From contig JANMPD010000239.1 in the NCBI GenBank assembly GCA_031369685.1, positions 1 to 61,470 on the forward strand: a stretch of DNA of 61,470 nucleotides, read 5' to 3'. This DNA comes from Chloroflexota bacterium. GTDB taxonomy: Bacteria > Chloroflexota > Limnocylindria > Limnocylindrales > CSP1-4. A model generated the notes under the pieces. That model had not been told where the DNA came from. It worked only from the letters and a program-made list of their open reading frames with translations, and made no database searches. Shown piece by piece: positions 46,808 to 55,726 of the stretch. The position numbers and the translations under genes were made by a program. Numbering within the stretch: the stretch's first letter is position 1; the number at the start of each line of letters is the position of its first letter.

Positions 46808-47371
46808 ATGGCCACGATCACTGCTCGTAACGGCGTCAACGTCGACCAGCTTGTCGCCACGATCGGAGCGATCAGCGCCGACCCGAAGATTGCCTCCTTC
46901 ACATTCAAGGCCGCAAGCACCTGGGAGTCCGGCGGGCGGAGCCGCGGCGAGATCGGGAACTTCGTCCATGCGGGCGCGACCTCGGACCGGGGAACCACGT
47001 TCCAGCTCGTCGGCGACGAGCCGCCGGTCCTCCTCGGTGGGAACGCCGGGCCAAACGCCGTGGAACTCCTTCTCGAGGCGCTCGCGTTCTGCTACAGCGT
47101 CGGCTACGTCTACAACGCCGCAGCTCGCGGGATTGATATCAGCGAACTGCGCTACGAGGTCGAGGGCGACCTGGACCTGCGGGCGTTCGTTGGGCTTGAT
47201 GGACCGCGCGCCGGCTTCAGCGCCATCCGGGCGACCAGCTGGGTGCGCTCGCCGAACGCTACCGCCGCGCAGCTCGAGGAGCTCTGCCAGTACGTCCAGG
47301 ACACCTCGCCGGTGCGCGACTGCCTGGCGAACCCGGTCCCGATCACCACGGACCTCGTCGTCCTGGACTGA
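46808..47371 (+). CDS. OsmC/Ohr-family peroxiredoxin-like protein
   Basis: The two conserved Cys contexts are 'LLEALAFCYSVG' and 'SPVRDCLANP'. The start is at 'MATITARNG'. Confidence 0.75.
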   Translation: MATITARNGVNVDQLVATIGAISADPKIASFTFKAASTWESGGRSRGEIGNFVHAGATSDRGTTFQLVGDEPPVLLGGNAGPNAVELLLEALAFCYSVGYVYNAAARGIDISELRYEVEGDLDLRAFVGLDGPRAGFSAIRATSWVRSPNATAAQLEELCQYVQDTSPVRDCLANPVPITTDLVVLD

Positions 47372-47424
47372 GGCTCGCCAGTCTGGCGGACCCGAACGGC
47401 ACGTGTTCTTCTGGAGCGAGCCCA

Positions 47425-48279
47425 ATGACCCAGGCACCCCCGCAACCGCTCGTTGACCTCGACACCCTGCGCGCCGCGATCCGCGAGGAGTACGCCGCAG
47501 TCGCCAGCGATCCGGGGCGGGGGTTCCACTTCCACACCGGCTATCGTCTCGCAGCCATGCTCGGCTACCCGGAGGACTGGATCGCCGCGCTCCCGCCGTC
47601 GGCCGTCGAGTCGATGGCGGGGACGGGCAATCCATTCAACTTTGGCGAGATCCGGCCCGGCGAACACGTGGTCGACTGCGGCTCGGGGGCGGGCACGGAC
47701 GCACTCATCGCGGCGCGGCTGGTCGGAAGGGACGGGTTCGTGATCGGGGTCGACCTGACCCCCGAGATGCTCGCCAAGGCACGACGCTCGGCCGCGTTGG
47801 CCGGGCTCACGAACGTCGAGTTCCGCGAGGGGATGCTCGAGGCAATACCCGTACCTGCGGGCTGGGCGGACGTCGTCATTTCGAACGGGGTCCTGAACCT
47901 CGTGCCCGACAAGGCGGTTGCGCTCGCAGAGATGGGCCGTGTGTTGCGGCCCGGGGGCCGTCTGCAGCTCGTCGACATCGTCCTGTCGCGTCCCGTCGAA
48001 GGACTATCGAAGCATGACGTGAGCCTGTGGACCGGCTGTATCGCTGGCGGCCTCCTGGAGGACGAACTACGGGGGCTCGTGGAGGCCGCCGGATTTCGCG
48101 ACGTTGCGATCATCCGCGGCATCGACGTCTTCGCAGGAGCCCCGCAGCACTCAAACGCGGCGGCGTTCGGCACGGTGAACGCCGGGGTCACTGCGTGGAA
48201 GCCCGGTGGTCCCTGGCCGCACGCGGTCAACGAAGGAAGACTGATCAGGCGCCATACCAGCGAGGGTGCCCGGCCCTGA
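47425..48279 (+). CDS. ArsM-family class I SAM methyltransferase lacking most As(III)-binding cysteines
   Basis: 'VVDCGSGAGTDALIAARLVGRDG' is present. The ArsM Cys positions read 'AGTGNP' and 'ISNGVLNL', and only 'TGCIAGGL' is kept. Confidence 0.8.
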   Translation: MTQAPPQPLVDLDTLRAAIREEYAAVASDPGRGFHFHTGYRLAAMLGYPEDWIAALPPSAVESMAGTGNPFNFGEIRPGEHVVDCGSGAGTDALIAARLVGRDGFVIGVDLTPEMLAKARRSAALAGLTNVEFREGMLEAIPVPAGWADVVISNGVLNLVPDKAVALAEMGRVLRPGGRLQLVDIVLSRPVEGLSKHDVSLWTGCIAGGLLEDELRGLVEAAGFRDVAIIRGIDVFAGAPQHSNAAAFGTVNAGVTAWKPGGPWPHAVNEGRLIRRHTSEGARP

Positions 48280-48380
48280 TGAAACGCCTCCCTTTCCCGC
48301 CTCGTTTGGTGGTAGGGTCGGATCATGGAACCGTCCGGGCTGGACGTAGAGGTTGACCGCAGCGCCGAATCGAGGGTCGA

Positions 48381-48884
48381 ATGAGCTTTCTCGACCGAGC
48401 CAGGCAGGCCGCCGGGCAGGCGGCCGATCAGGCGAAACAGGCGGCCGAATCGGCCCGTCATGCCGCGACCGAGGGCACCGACAAAGCCCAGGCCATGCTT
48501 CACGACCCGGCAACGGCAGAGCGCGCCCGTCAGGCGATGTCCCGCGCCAAGCGGGGCGTGGCGACGGCCATCGATCGAATCGACCCGGCGATCCTCGCCG
48601 ACGTGATCATCAAGGCCACGGCGCTCCAGGAGAAGGCGAACCACGCGCTGAAAGCCAAGGGCTCTCCGTACCGAATCAGCGAGGTCTCGATCGGCGCCGC
48701 CATCCCGCCGAGCATCACGTTCGCGATTGCGCGAACCAATGATCCTGACGCAGACATCGTCCCGGCCGGATCCGTCTCAAGCGTCCACCTTGCCGCGCAG
48801 ACAGCCGACGCCGTAGCGGGCACCGTGCGCGCGCTCGATGGTTCCGCTGTCGACGACATCGAGACCGGTCCCGAGCCGGGCTAA
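48381..48884 (+). CDS. Hypothetical protein (helical Ala/Gln-rich N-terminus)
   Basis: 167-aa ORF with an ATG preceded by GAGGG. Composition is coding-like. No motif is recognised. Confidence 0.5.
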   Translation: MSFLDRARQAAGQAADQAKQAAESARHAATEGTDKAQAMLHDPATAERARQAMSRAKRGVATAIDRIDPAILADVIIKATALQEKANHALKAKGSPYRISEVSIGAAIPPSITFAIARTNDPDADIVPAGSVSSVHLAAQTADAVAGTVRALDGSAVDDIETGPEPG

Positions 48885-49041
48885 GTCATGGCGCCGTCCC
48901 GCAGGCCTCGTTGGACGATCACCGCATGAGACAAGCACCGTTCGGGTAGGCTCAGGGTCGGCGGAAGGGCAAGACATCACACGCAACGAGACGCCGGACG
49001 AAGCCCTGGCCTCGCTGGCGGGTCATCAGAGGGGGTTCAAG

Positions 49042-49860
49042 ATGGGTCGCTCACGATCGAAGTCCGACAGATTCCTGATCCTGGCCATCGGCATGTCATT
49101 GATGGTTGGTGCCTGTGGCGGCTCGGCCTCGGCCGCGCCGACACTCGCTCCAGGTGAGACGGCAACGCCGGCTCCGACGGCGACGTCAGGCGCGACGGCG
49201 CCGGTGTCAAGCGATGGCGTGCCCGATGGGTCCCTCGCGTTCAGCGCCGCGCCGAGTGCCCTCGACGCCCTCGATTCGTACGAATTCCAGGTCGAGATCG
49301 CGAAGTCCGAGACGACCGCGGGCGTGGAAACCAAGAGTCGGACCGTGATGTCGGGCGTTGTGGTCAATCGCCCGGACAAGGCGAGCACGCTGCTCATGGA
49401 TGAGTACGACGCCAGCGACACGATCACGAGCTCGACCGGGATCCTGATCATCGGCGCCTCGTCCTGGACCAGGAACGGCGCGTCTGATCCGTGGGTCGCC
49501 ATCCCCGCTGCCCAGGCCGACTTGTTCATCCAGAGCTTCGCCTTGTTCCGGCCCGAGCAGATCTTCGGCTTGTACTTCGCGGGCCTTGGAAATGACTTCA
49601 CGAGTGCCGGTAGCGAGACCAAGAACGGCGTCCCGTCCACCCACTACGAGGGCGGCGAGGCCATCGGGAGCATCCTCAGTGCGATCGCGGGATTCCAGGG
49701 GAACTGGAAATCGGATGTCTGGCTCGCGACCGACGGCGGCTTCCTGGTCCACTCCGAGGCGTCCGGCGAGGGGCTCAGCGGTGCCGACACCGGCAGCTTC
49801 CTCATGATGGTCGACATCTCGAAGCCCAACTCCGCGGGTCCCATCAACCCTCCGGGCTGA
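49042..49860 (+). CDS. Hypothetical lipoprotein
   Basis: ATG after AGAGGGGG. Lipobox 'MSLMVGACGG', followed by an Ala/Pro/Thr linker. Confidence 0.55.
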   Translation: MGRSRSKSDRFLILAIGMSLMVGACGGSASAAPTLAPGETATPAPTATSGATAPVSSDGVPDGSLAFSAAPSALDALDSYEFQVEIAKSETTAGVETKSRTVMSGVVVNRPDKASTLLMDEYDASDTITSSTGILIIGASSWTRNGASDPWVAIPAAQADLFIQSFALFRPEQIFGLYFAGLGNDFTSAGSETKNGVPSTHYEGGEAIGSILSAIAGFQGNWKSDVWLATDGGFLVHSEASGEGLSGADTGSFLMMVDISKPNSAGPINPPG

Positions 49861-49918
49861 TCGCGGCTGGGAACCGCCCCAGGCAGGTCGCCACGCCGAT
49901 GCACCCGGCCTGCGCCGG

Positions 49919-51643
49919 TCAGGCCGTGGCTGCCATCGGCATGTCGAATCCGTCGCGGAACCAGCGCTCGACGGTCTCGAGCGGGACGGTCTGGCGATCG
50001 CCGCTGGCCCGGCGCGTCACCTCCGCACCCCCCGCCGCGATCGAGCGCGGGCTGATCGTCACGATCCAGGGCATGCCAAGCAGCTCCGCGTCGGTGAACT
50101 TGACGCCGGGCGACTCATCGCGATCGTCGTACAGGATGTCGCGTCCGGCCGTCGCCGCGATCTCGTGGAGACGATCACCGATCTCGGCAATCTGCGGGTC
50201 GCGGTTGGTCCCGATGGTCACGAGGTGCGCGGCGTACGGCGCCACTTCGTCGGGCCAGGCAATTCCCTTGGCGTCGTGGTGGGCCTCGACGATGCACGCA
50301 ACGTTGCGTCCGAGCCCGATGCCGTAGGACCCCATGACGATGGGATGGGCCTGCCCGTCCTCGCCGAGGAACGTCGCGCCGAACGCCTCGCTGAAGTCCG
50401 TCCCGAGCTTGAAGATGTTGCCGACCTCGATCCCCTGCCGCAGAACGACCGGCTGGCGGCAGGTCGGGCACGGGTCACCGGCCCTGGCATCGGTGATCTC
50501 CGCAACGTGATCGGGCGTGTAGTCGCGCGGCACGTTGACGTTCCTGACGTGCCACCCGACGCGGTTCGCGCCGGCCACGAGGTTCGGTGAGCGGACGACC
50601 AGCTCATCCACGACCACGACCGAATCGCGGGCTCCGAGCGGCGAACCGTAGCCCGCCTCCATGCCCCGCGCCGTGATCTCCTCGAGGGTGGCCGGGCGGA
50701 GGCCGCCGCGGGCTTTCACCACGTTGAGCAGCTTCGTCTCGTTGACGTCGTAATCGCCGCGCACGATCGCCACGATGAACCGGTCGTCGCCGGTCATGAA
50801 GAAGGCGGCCTTCGCGGTCTTGCTTCGCGGGACGTCCAGGAACGTCGCGAGGGCATCGATCGTGGTGGCGTTCGGCGTCTCGACGTCCTCCATCGGCAGC
50901 GCTGCCTCGGGCTCGGGGTCGGGCTTGCCGACGATGGCGATCTGCTGGTTGTCGGCGAACCCGCAGGCATCGCACAGGACGAGCGTGTCCTCACCGAAGT
51001 CGTTGAGGACCATGAACTCATGCGCCCCGGAGCCACCCATGATCCCGACATCGGCCCCGACGGCAAGCGCCTTCAGGCCGAGGCGCTCGAAGATCCGCTC
51101 GTAGGCCGCGTACTGGAGGCGATAGTTCCGGTCCAGGCCCTCCTCGTCGCGGTCGCAGCTGTAGGCATCCTTCATGACGAACTCGCGGACGCGGATCAGG
51201 CCACCACGCGATCGAGGCTCGTCGCGGAACTTGGTCTGGAAGTGATAGACCATCATCGGCAGCTGGCGATAGCTCTGGACGATGTCGCGGAGCAGCAGTG
51301 CGACGACCTCCTCGTGGGTCATGGCGAGGACCATGTCCCGATCGCCGCGATCCTTGAAGCGGACCATCTCCGGGCCGATCTTGTAGTAGCGCCCGCTCTC
51401 TTTCCAGACCTCGGCCGGATGGACCACCGGCATCTCCATCTCCTGGCTGCCGATCCGGTTCATCTCCTCGCGCACGACCTGTTCCACGCGCTTGGTCACC
51501 CGGAATCCGAGCGGCAGCAGCGAGTAGATCCCGGACCCGAGCTGGCGGATGTAGCCGGCCCGGAGCAGGAGGCGGTGCGACGGCATCTCGACATCGGCCG
51601 GGTCGTCGCGGAGGCTGGCGAAGAACAACTGGCTCAGGCGCAT
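49919..51643 (-). CDS. proS: Proline--tRNA ligase (bacterial type with insertion/editing domain)
   Basis: N-terminus 'MRLSQLFFASLRDDPADVEMPSHRLLLRAGYIRQLGSGIYSLLPLG'. The 574-aa length is typical of bacterial ProRS. Confidence 0.95.
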   Translation of the reverse strand: MRLSQLFFASLRDDPADVEMPSHRLLLRAGYIRQLGSGIYSLLPLGFRVTKRVEQVVREEMNRIGSQEMEMPVVHPAEVWKESGRYYKIGPEMVRFKDRGDRDMVLAMTHEEVVALLLRDIVQSYRQLPMMVYHFQTKFRDEPRSRGGLIRVREFVMKDAYSCDRDEEGLDRNYRLQYAAYERIFERLGLKALAVGADVGIMGGSGAHEFMVLNDFGEDTLVLCDACGFADNQQIAIVGKPDPEPEAALPMEDVETPNATTIDALATFLDVPRSKTAKAAFFMTGDDRFIVAIVRGDYDVNETKLLNVVKARGGLRPATLEEITARGMEAGYGSPLGARDSVVVVDELVVRSPNLVAGANRVGWHVRNVNVPRDYTPDHVAEITDARAGDPCPTCRQPVVLRQGIEVGNIFKLGTDFSEAFGATFLGEDGQAHPIVMGSYGIGLGRNVACIVEAHHDAKGIAWPDEVAPYAAHLVTIGTNRDPQIAEIGDRLHEIAATAGRDILYDDRDESPGVKFTDAELLGMPWIVTISPRSIAAGGAEVTRRASGDRQTVPLETVERWFRDGFDMPMAATA

Positions 51644-51729
51644 GGGCGGAAGAATAGCGGCGACGGGCCGTCATCATCGAACGGACGGCCGTCGAGCACG
51701 GCCGGCCCTGGTCCTGCTAGCCTTCGCTC

Positions 51730-52737
51730 GTGCCCGAAGGCCTTTCCCTCCTCCTGATCACCGTCGTCTTGCTCGCCGTGGCGTTCGACTACATCAACGG
51801 ATTCCACGACACGGCCAACGCGATCGCGACGTCCGTCTCGACGCGCGCGCTGCGGCCCGATCACGCGATCCTCATGTCGGCGAGCGCGAATTTCCTCGGC
51901 GCACTCACCGGAACGGCGGTCGCAAAGACGATCGCGTCGGGGATCGCCGTCACGCCCGACGGCAGTGCGGGCCAGATCATCGTGGCCGCGGCACTCATCG
52001 GCGCCATCATCTGGAACCTGATCACCTGGCGACTGGGCATTCCATCGTCCTCCAGCCACGCCCTCATCGGCGGGCTCATCGGCGCCGTCATCGCGGCGAG
52101 CGGGACCGGTGCGTTGAAGATGGACGGGATCATCAACAAGGTGATCATCCCGCTCGTGACGTCACCGGTGGCCGGGATCGTCCTCGGGTTCGCCCTGATG
52201 GTCGTGATCCTGAATGTCTTTCGGCGCGGGCATCCCCGCCGATTGAACGATCGGTTCCGGCGTTTGCAGGTGGTATCCGCAGCATTCATGGCGTTCAGTC
52301 ATGGATCGAACGATGCGCAGAAGACGATGGGCATCATCACCCTCGGACTCATCGGGGGTGGCATCCTGCCCAAGGACGCCCCGATCCCGATCTGGGTCAT
52401 CCTCCTCGCGGCATCGGCCATCTCGCTCGGAACGGCGGCCGGGGGCTGGCGGATCATCAGGACGATGGGCCAGAGGGTCGTCAAGCTGGATCCGGTCCAC
52501 GGATTTGCGGCCGAGACCACGGCTGCGACGATCATCCTCACGGCGTCCCATTTCGGAGTACCGGTGTCGACGACCCACGTGATCTCGTCCGCGATCATGG
52601 GCGTCGGTTCCAGCGATCGATTGTCCGCCGTGCGCTGGGGCGTGGCCGGCAACATCCTCATTGCCTGGATCCTGACCATTCCCGCGTCGGGCGCCGCGGC
52701 GTGGCTCGCCTGGGAAGTCCTCAGCCGCGTCCTGTAG
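51730..52737 (+). CDS. Inorganic phosphate transporter, PiT family
   Basis: 'FDYINGFHDTANAIATSV' and the second-half repeat 'FSHGSNDAQKTMGII'. GTG start. Confidence 0.9.
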   Translation: MPEGLSLLLITVVLLAVAFDYINGFHDTANAIATSVSTRALRPDHAILMSASANFLGALTGTAVAKTIASGIAVTPDGSAGQIIVAAALIGAIIWNLITWRLGIPSSSSHALIGGLIGAVIAASGTGALKMDGIINKVIIPLVTSPVAGIVLGFALMVVILNVFRRGHPRRLNDRFRRLQVVSAAFMAFSHGSNDAQKTMGIITLGLIGGGILPKDAPIPIWVILLAASAISLGTAAGGWRIIRTMGQRVVKLDPVHGFAAETTAATIILTASHFGVPVSTTHVISSAIMGVGSSDRLSAVRWGVAGNILIAWILTIPASGAAAWLAWEVLSRVL

Positions 52738-52780
52738 GCGCGTCGCTCATCCCGGCGCGCGCCTGCGACGGATGCGTCGG

Positions 52781-52962
52781 TTGGGCGTCGGCCGCCGTGA
52801 TCGATCTGGTTGCTGATCGATCTGGTTAATCAGTAGCGCTCTGGTCGAGCGTGGCGGTAACCCGTATCCGTCGATCTGGCTGTTCGGCCGAGCGTGGACG
52901 ACCCCGGCTTGATGAATCAGGTCGATCAGTCCCGGGGCGGGTCCGTGTCAACAACGTCCCTG
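52781..52962 (+). repeat. 182-bp dispersed intergenic repeat, copy B (internal inverted repeat 52813-52832 / 52910-52929)
   Basis: It has the same orientation and length as copy A. It lies between the convergent PiT and response-regulator genes. Confidence 0.85.
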
Positions 52963-53017
52963 CGGCATGAGGCAATAGGCGGATGTCACACCCGGGCGCA
53001 GCGCCGCACGGGATGCG

Positions 53018-53710
53018 TCAGGGTCGCCGCAGGACGTACCCGACACCGCGAATCGTCTGGATGAGCGTCGGCTGTGCCGGATCCACCTCGACTGCCGCGC
53101 GAAGCCAGTGGACGTGAACGTCGACGGTCCTGGTCTCGCCGGCGTAGTCGTACCCCCAGACGAGTTCGAGCAACTGGTCCCGCGTGACCACCTGACCCGC
53201 GTGCCGCACGAGGAAGGCGAGGAGCTCAAAGACCTTGGGTTTGACTCTGATCTCGGCTCCGTCCCGGAGAATCTGGTGCCCGGCAAGGTCGACCTGGACG
53301 CTGCCGAGGTCAACGACGGCGGCGGTTGAGGCCGCGGAGGCCACCTCACCACGGCGGAAGACCGCCCGGATCCGCGCCGACAGCTCACGAAGGGAGAATG
53401 GCTTGGTCACGTAGTCGTCTGCGCCGAGCTCGAGGCCCACCACCTTGTCCACCTCGGAGCCACGGGCGGTCAGCATGATGATCGGCACCGGTGATTCGGC
53501 CCGGATAATCCGACAGACGTCGATCCCGGAGATCTCCGGGAGCATCAGGTCCAGCAGCACGAGGTCCGGGTGATCGGCCCGAAAGCGCTCCAGCGCGACG
53601 CGCCCGTCGCCCGCCGAGGTGACGCGGAAGCCCTCGGTTTCGAGCGCCTCGACGAGCGTCTCTCTGAGGGTCGGTTCATCTTCGACGACAAGGATCGATC
53701 GGGCCATCAC
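53018..53710 (-). CDS. OmpR-family response regulator, RegX3/PhoP-like
   Basis: 'ILVVEDEP', 'LVLLDLMLP', 'KVVGLELGADDYVTKPF' and wHTH 'TVDVHVHWLR...IRGVGYVL'. It is very similar by eye to mycobacterial RegX3. An ATG at 53707 follows the GTG at 53710. Confidence 0.9.
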   Translation of the reverse strand: MMARSILVVEDEPTLRETLVEALETEGFRVTSAGDGRVALERFRADHPDLVLLDLMLPEISGIDVCRIIRAESPVPIIMLTARGSEVDKVVGLELGADDYVTKPFSLRELSARIRAVFRRGEVASAASTAAVVDLGSVQVDLAGHQILRDGAEIRVKPKVFELLAFLVRHAGQVVTRDQLLELVWGYDYAGETRTVDVHVHWLRAAVEVDPAQPTLIQTIRGVGYVLRRP

Positions 53711-53818
53711 GGTCGAGGATACCCAGCCGTGTTAACGGGGCATTGGCTGATCGGGCGAATCTCCAGGACATTGCTGGTCGCTCGATGGTCGCAATGTGCG
53801 GCTCGGTGATCGACGGGC

Positions 53819-54211
53819 TCAGCTCTTTCGCTTCATGTAGTACTCGATGAAGCTTCGGCAGCGCCCGTCCACATCGAACTCCATGAGCCAGACGTTCTCG
53901 TAACTGCGGATCGGCAGGCCGTCCGGGGTATCGCGGTAGACCGTGTCGCCGATGGCGACGGCGCGATCGTCGTCGACGGCATAACACGAGTAGCGGCCCT
54001 GGACCATGCCCGGCTTGTCGCGGTTCGTCGCGTCGCCGCCGGGGTTGAGCCAGCCCTTGACGATCTCGTCACGACCCAGGACCGGGTCGTCCCAGGGGTG
54101 ATACAGGTACTCGGCATCCGCCGTGAAGAGCTCCCCGATCGCCACCGGTTCGTAGCTCATCCACGCCGCCACATAGCGGTCGAGCCAGCGCTGGACATCG
54201 TCGCGGGTCAT
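53819..54211 (-). CDS. NTF2/SnoaL-like fold protein
   Basis: 130 aa, 'VQRWLDRYVAAWMSYEPVAIGELFTADAEYLYHPW'. The ATG overlaps the gltX stop by 1 nt. Confidence 0.65.
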   Translation of the reverse strand: MTRDDVQRWLDRYVAAWMSYEPVAIGELFTADAEYLYHPWDDPVLGRDEIVKGWLNPGGDATNRDKPGMVQGRYSCYAVDDDRAVAIGDTVYRDTPDGLPIRSYENVWLMEFDVDGRCRSFIEYYMKRKS

Positions 54212-55704
54212 CAGGACGCTCCTTCCAGTGTTTCGATCGCCGCGCCAAGGCGCTCAAGCACGCGGTCCCGGCCGAGCGCGACCAGCGTGTGGAACAGGGG
54301 CGGCGTCGCAGTCCGCCCGGTCACGGCCACGCGAATCGCCATGAACAGGTCGCCGGCCTTCCAGCCGCGGGCCTCGGCCAGCTCGCGAAGCGGCGGCTCC
54401 AGTTCATCGGCCTCGAAACTCACGGCGCCGGTGTCGGCAATCACGTCCCGGGCCGCGGTCAAACCGGCACGTGTCGTCGCAGAGTCCCATCGCTTCGGCA
54501 CGATGAGGGCGGGATCGAGGACCAGCCGATCGATCCACAGGAACCCGATCAGGTCGCCGACCGCGCCGAGCGTGGGCAGCCGTTCGCGGATCATCGGCAG
54601 CAGGACCTGGACCTCGTCCGCTGTGGGCGTGCGATCGATTCGACCGGCGATGTGCTCGGCCTCGAGGAACGGCAGGAGCCGGGTCACGAGGTCGTCGTCG
54701 GTCAGCCGGCGGATCCACTGCCCGTTCATCCACTCGAGCCGCTCGCGATCGAAGACCGCGCCGCCCTTCTGCACGTGATCGAGGTCGAAGCGCGCGGCGA
54801 TCTCATCGAACGACAGGATCTCCTCCTCGGAACCGGTTGACCAGCCGAGCAGGGCCAGATAGTTGACGAGGGCCTCGCGGATGAATCCCTGGGCGATGTA
54901 ATCGGAGATCGCGGTCTGGCTCTTGCGCTTGCTCATTTTCGACCGATCCGGATTGAGGATCAGCGGCAGATGGGCGAAGACCGGCTCCGGATGGCCGAGC
55001 GCCCGGAACAGGAGGATGTGCTTGGGGGTGTTGGACAGGTGATCCTCGCCCCGGATCACGTGGCTGATCTCCATCGCGGCGTCATCAACGACGACGGTGA
55101 AGTGATAGAGCGGCGTCCCATCGCCCCGGACGATCACGAAGTCGCCACCCAGGTTCGAGGTGTCGATCTCCACGCGGCCACGCACGGCGTCATCGAACGC
55201 GACCACCTCGGCCGGAACGCGGAACCGGACGGCGGGCGGGCGCGCCCCGGTCGCTCTTGCCGCGCGTTCGTCGCTGGTCAGGGTGGCGCATCGTCCAACG
55301 TATTTCGGCGGAAGATGGGCGGCTTCCTGTGCCTTCCGATCCGCATCGAGCTCCTCGGCGGTGCAGAAGCACGGGTAGGCCAGGTCCCGCTCGAGGAGAC
55401 CAGCCACAGCCGTGGCGTAGCGCTCCAGGCGCTGCATCTGCCGGTACGGGCCGTATGGGCCGTTGTCCTCCCCGCCGGCCGCATCGGGACCCTCGTCCCA
55501 GGTGATGCCGAGCCAATGCAGACCCTCGAGAATGTCGGCCTCGAACGCGACCGTGCTGCGGGCGACGTCGGTGTCCTCGAGGCGCAGGAGGAACGTGCCG
55601 CCCGTGTGGCGGGCATACAGGGCATTGAACAGCGCTGTGCGAGCCGTCCCGATGTGGAGTGGCCCGGTCGGGCTGGGCGCGATGCGAACGCGGACAGGAT
55701 TCAT
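54211..55704 (-). CDS. gltX: Glutamate--tRNA ligase
   Basis: HIGH motif 'PTGPLHIGTARTALFN' and KMSKS motif 'KMSKRK'. Confidence 0.95.
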   Translation of the reverse strand: MNPVRVRIAPSPTGPLHIGTARTALFNALYARHTGGTFLLRLEDTDVARSTVAFEADILEGLHWLGITWDEGPDAAGGEDNGPYGPYRQMQRLERYATAVAGLLERDLAYPCFCTAEELDADRKAQEAAHLPPKYVGRCATLTSDERAARATGARPPAVRFRVPAEVVAFDDAVRGRVEIDTSNLGGDFVIVRGDGTPLYHFTVVVDDAAMEISHVIRGEDHLSNTPKHILLFRALGHPEPVFAHLPLILNPDRSKMSKRKSQTAISDYIAQGFIREALVNYLALLGWSTGSEEEILSFDEIAARFDLDHVQKGGAVFDRERLEWMNGQWIRRLTDDDLVTRLLPFLEAEHIAGRIDRTPTADEVQVLLPMIRERLPTLGAVGDLIGFLWIDRLVLDPALIVPKRWDSATTRAGLTAARDVIADTGAVSFEADELEPPLRELAEARGWKAGDLFMAIRVAVTGRTATPPLFHTLVALGRDRVLERLGAAIETLEGAS

Positions 55705-55726
55705 CGGTTGATTCTAGAGGTCGTCG

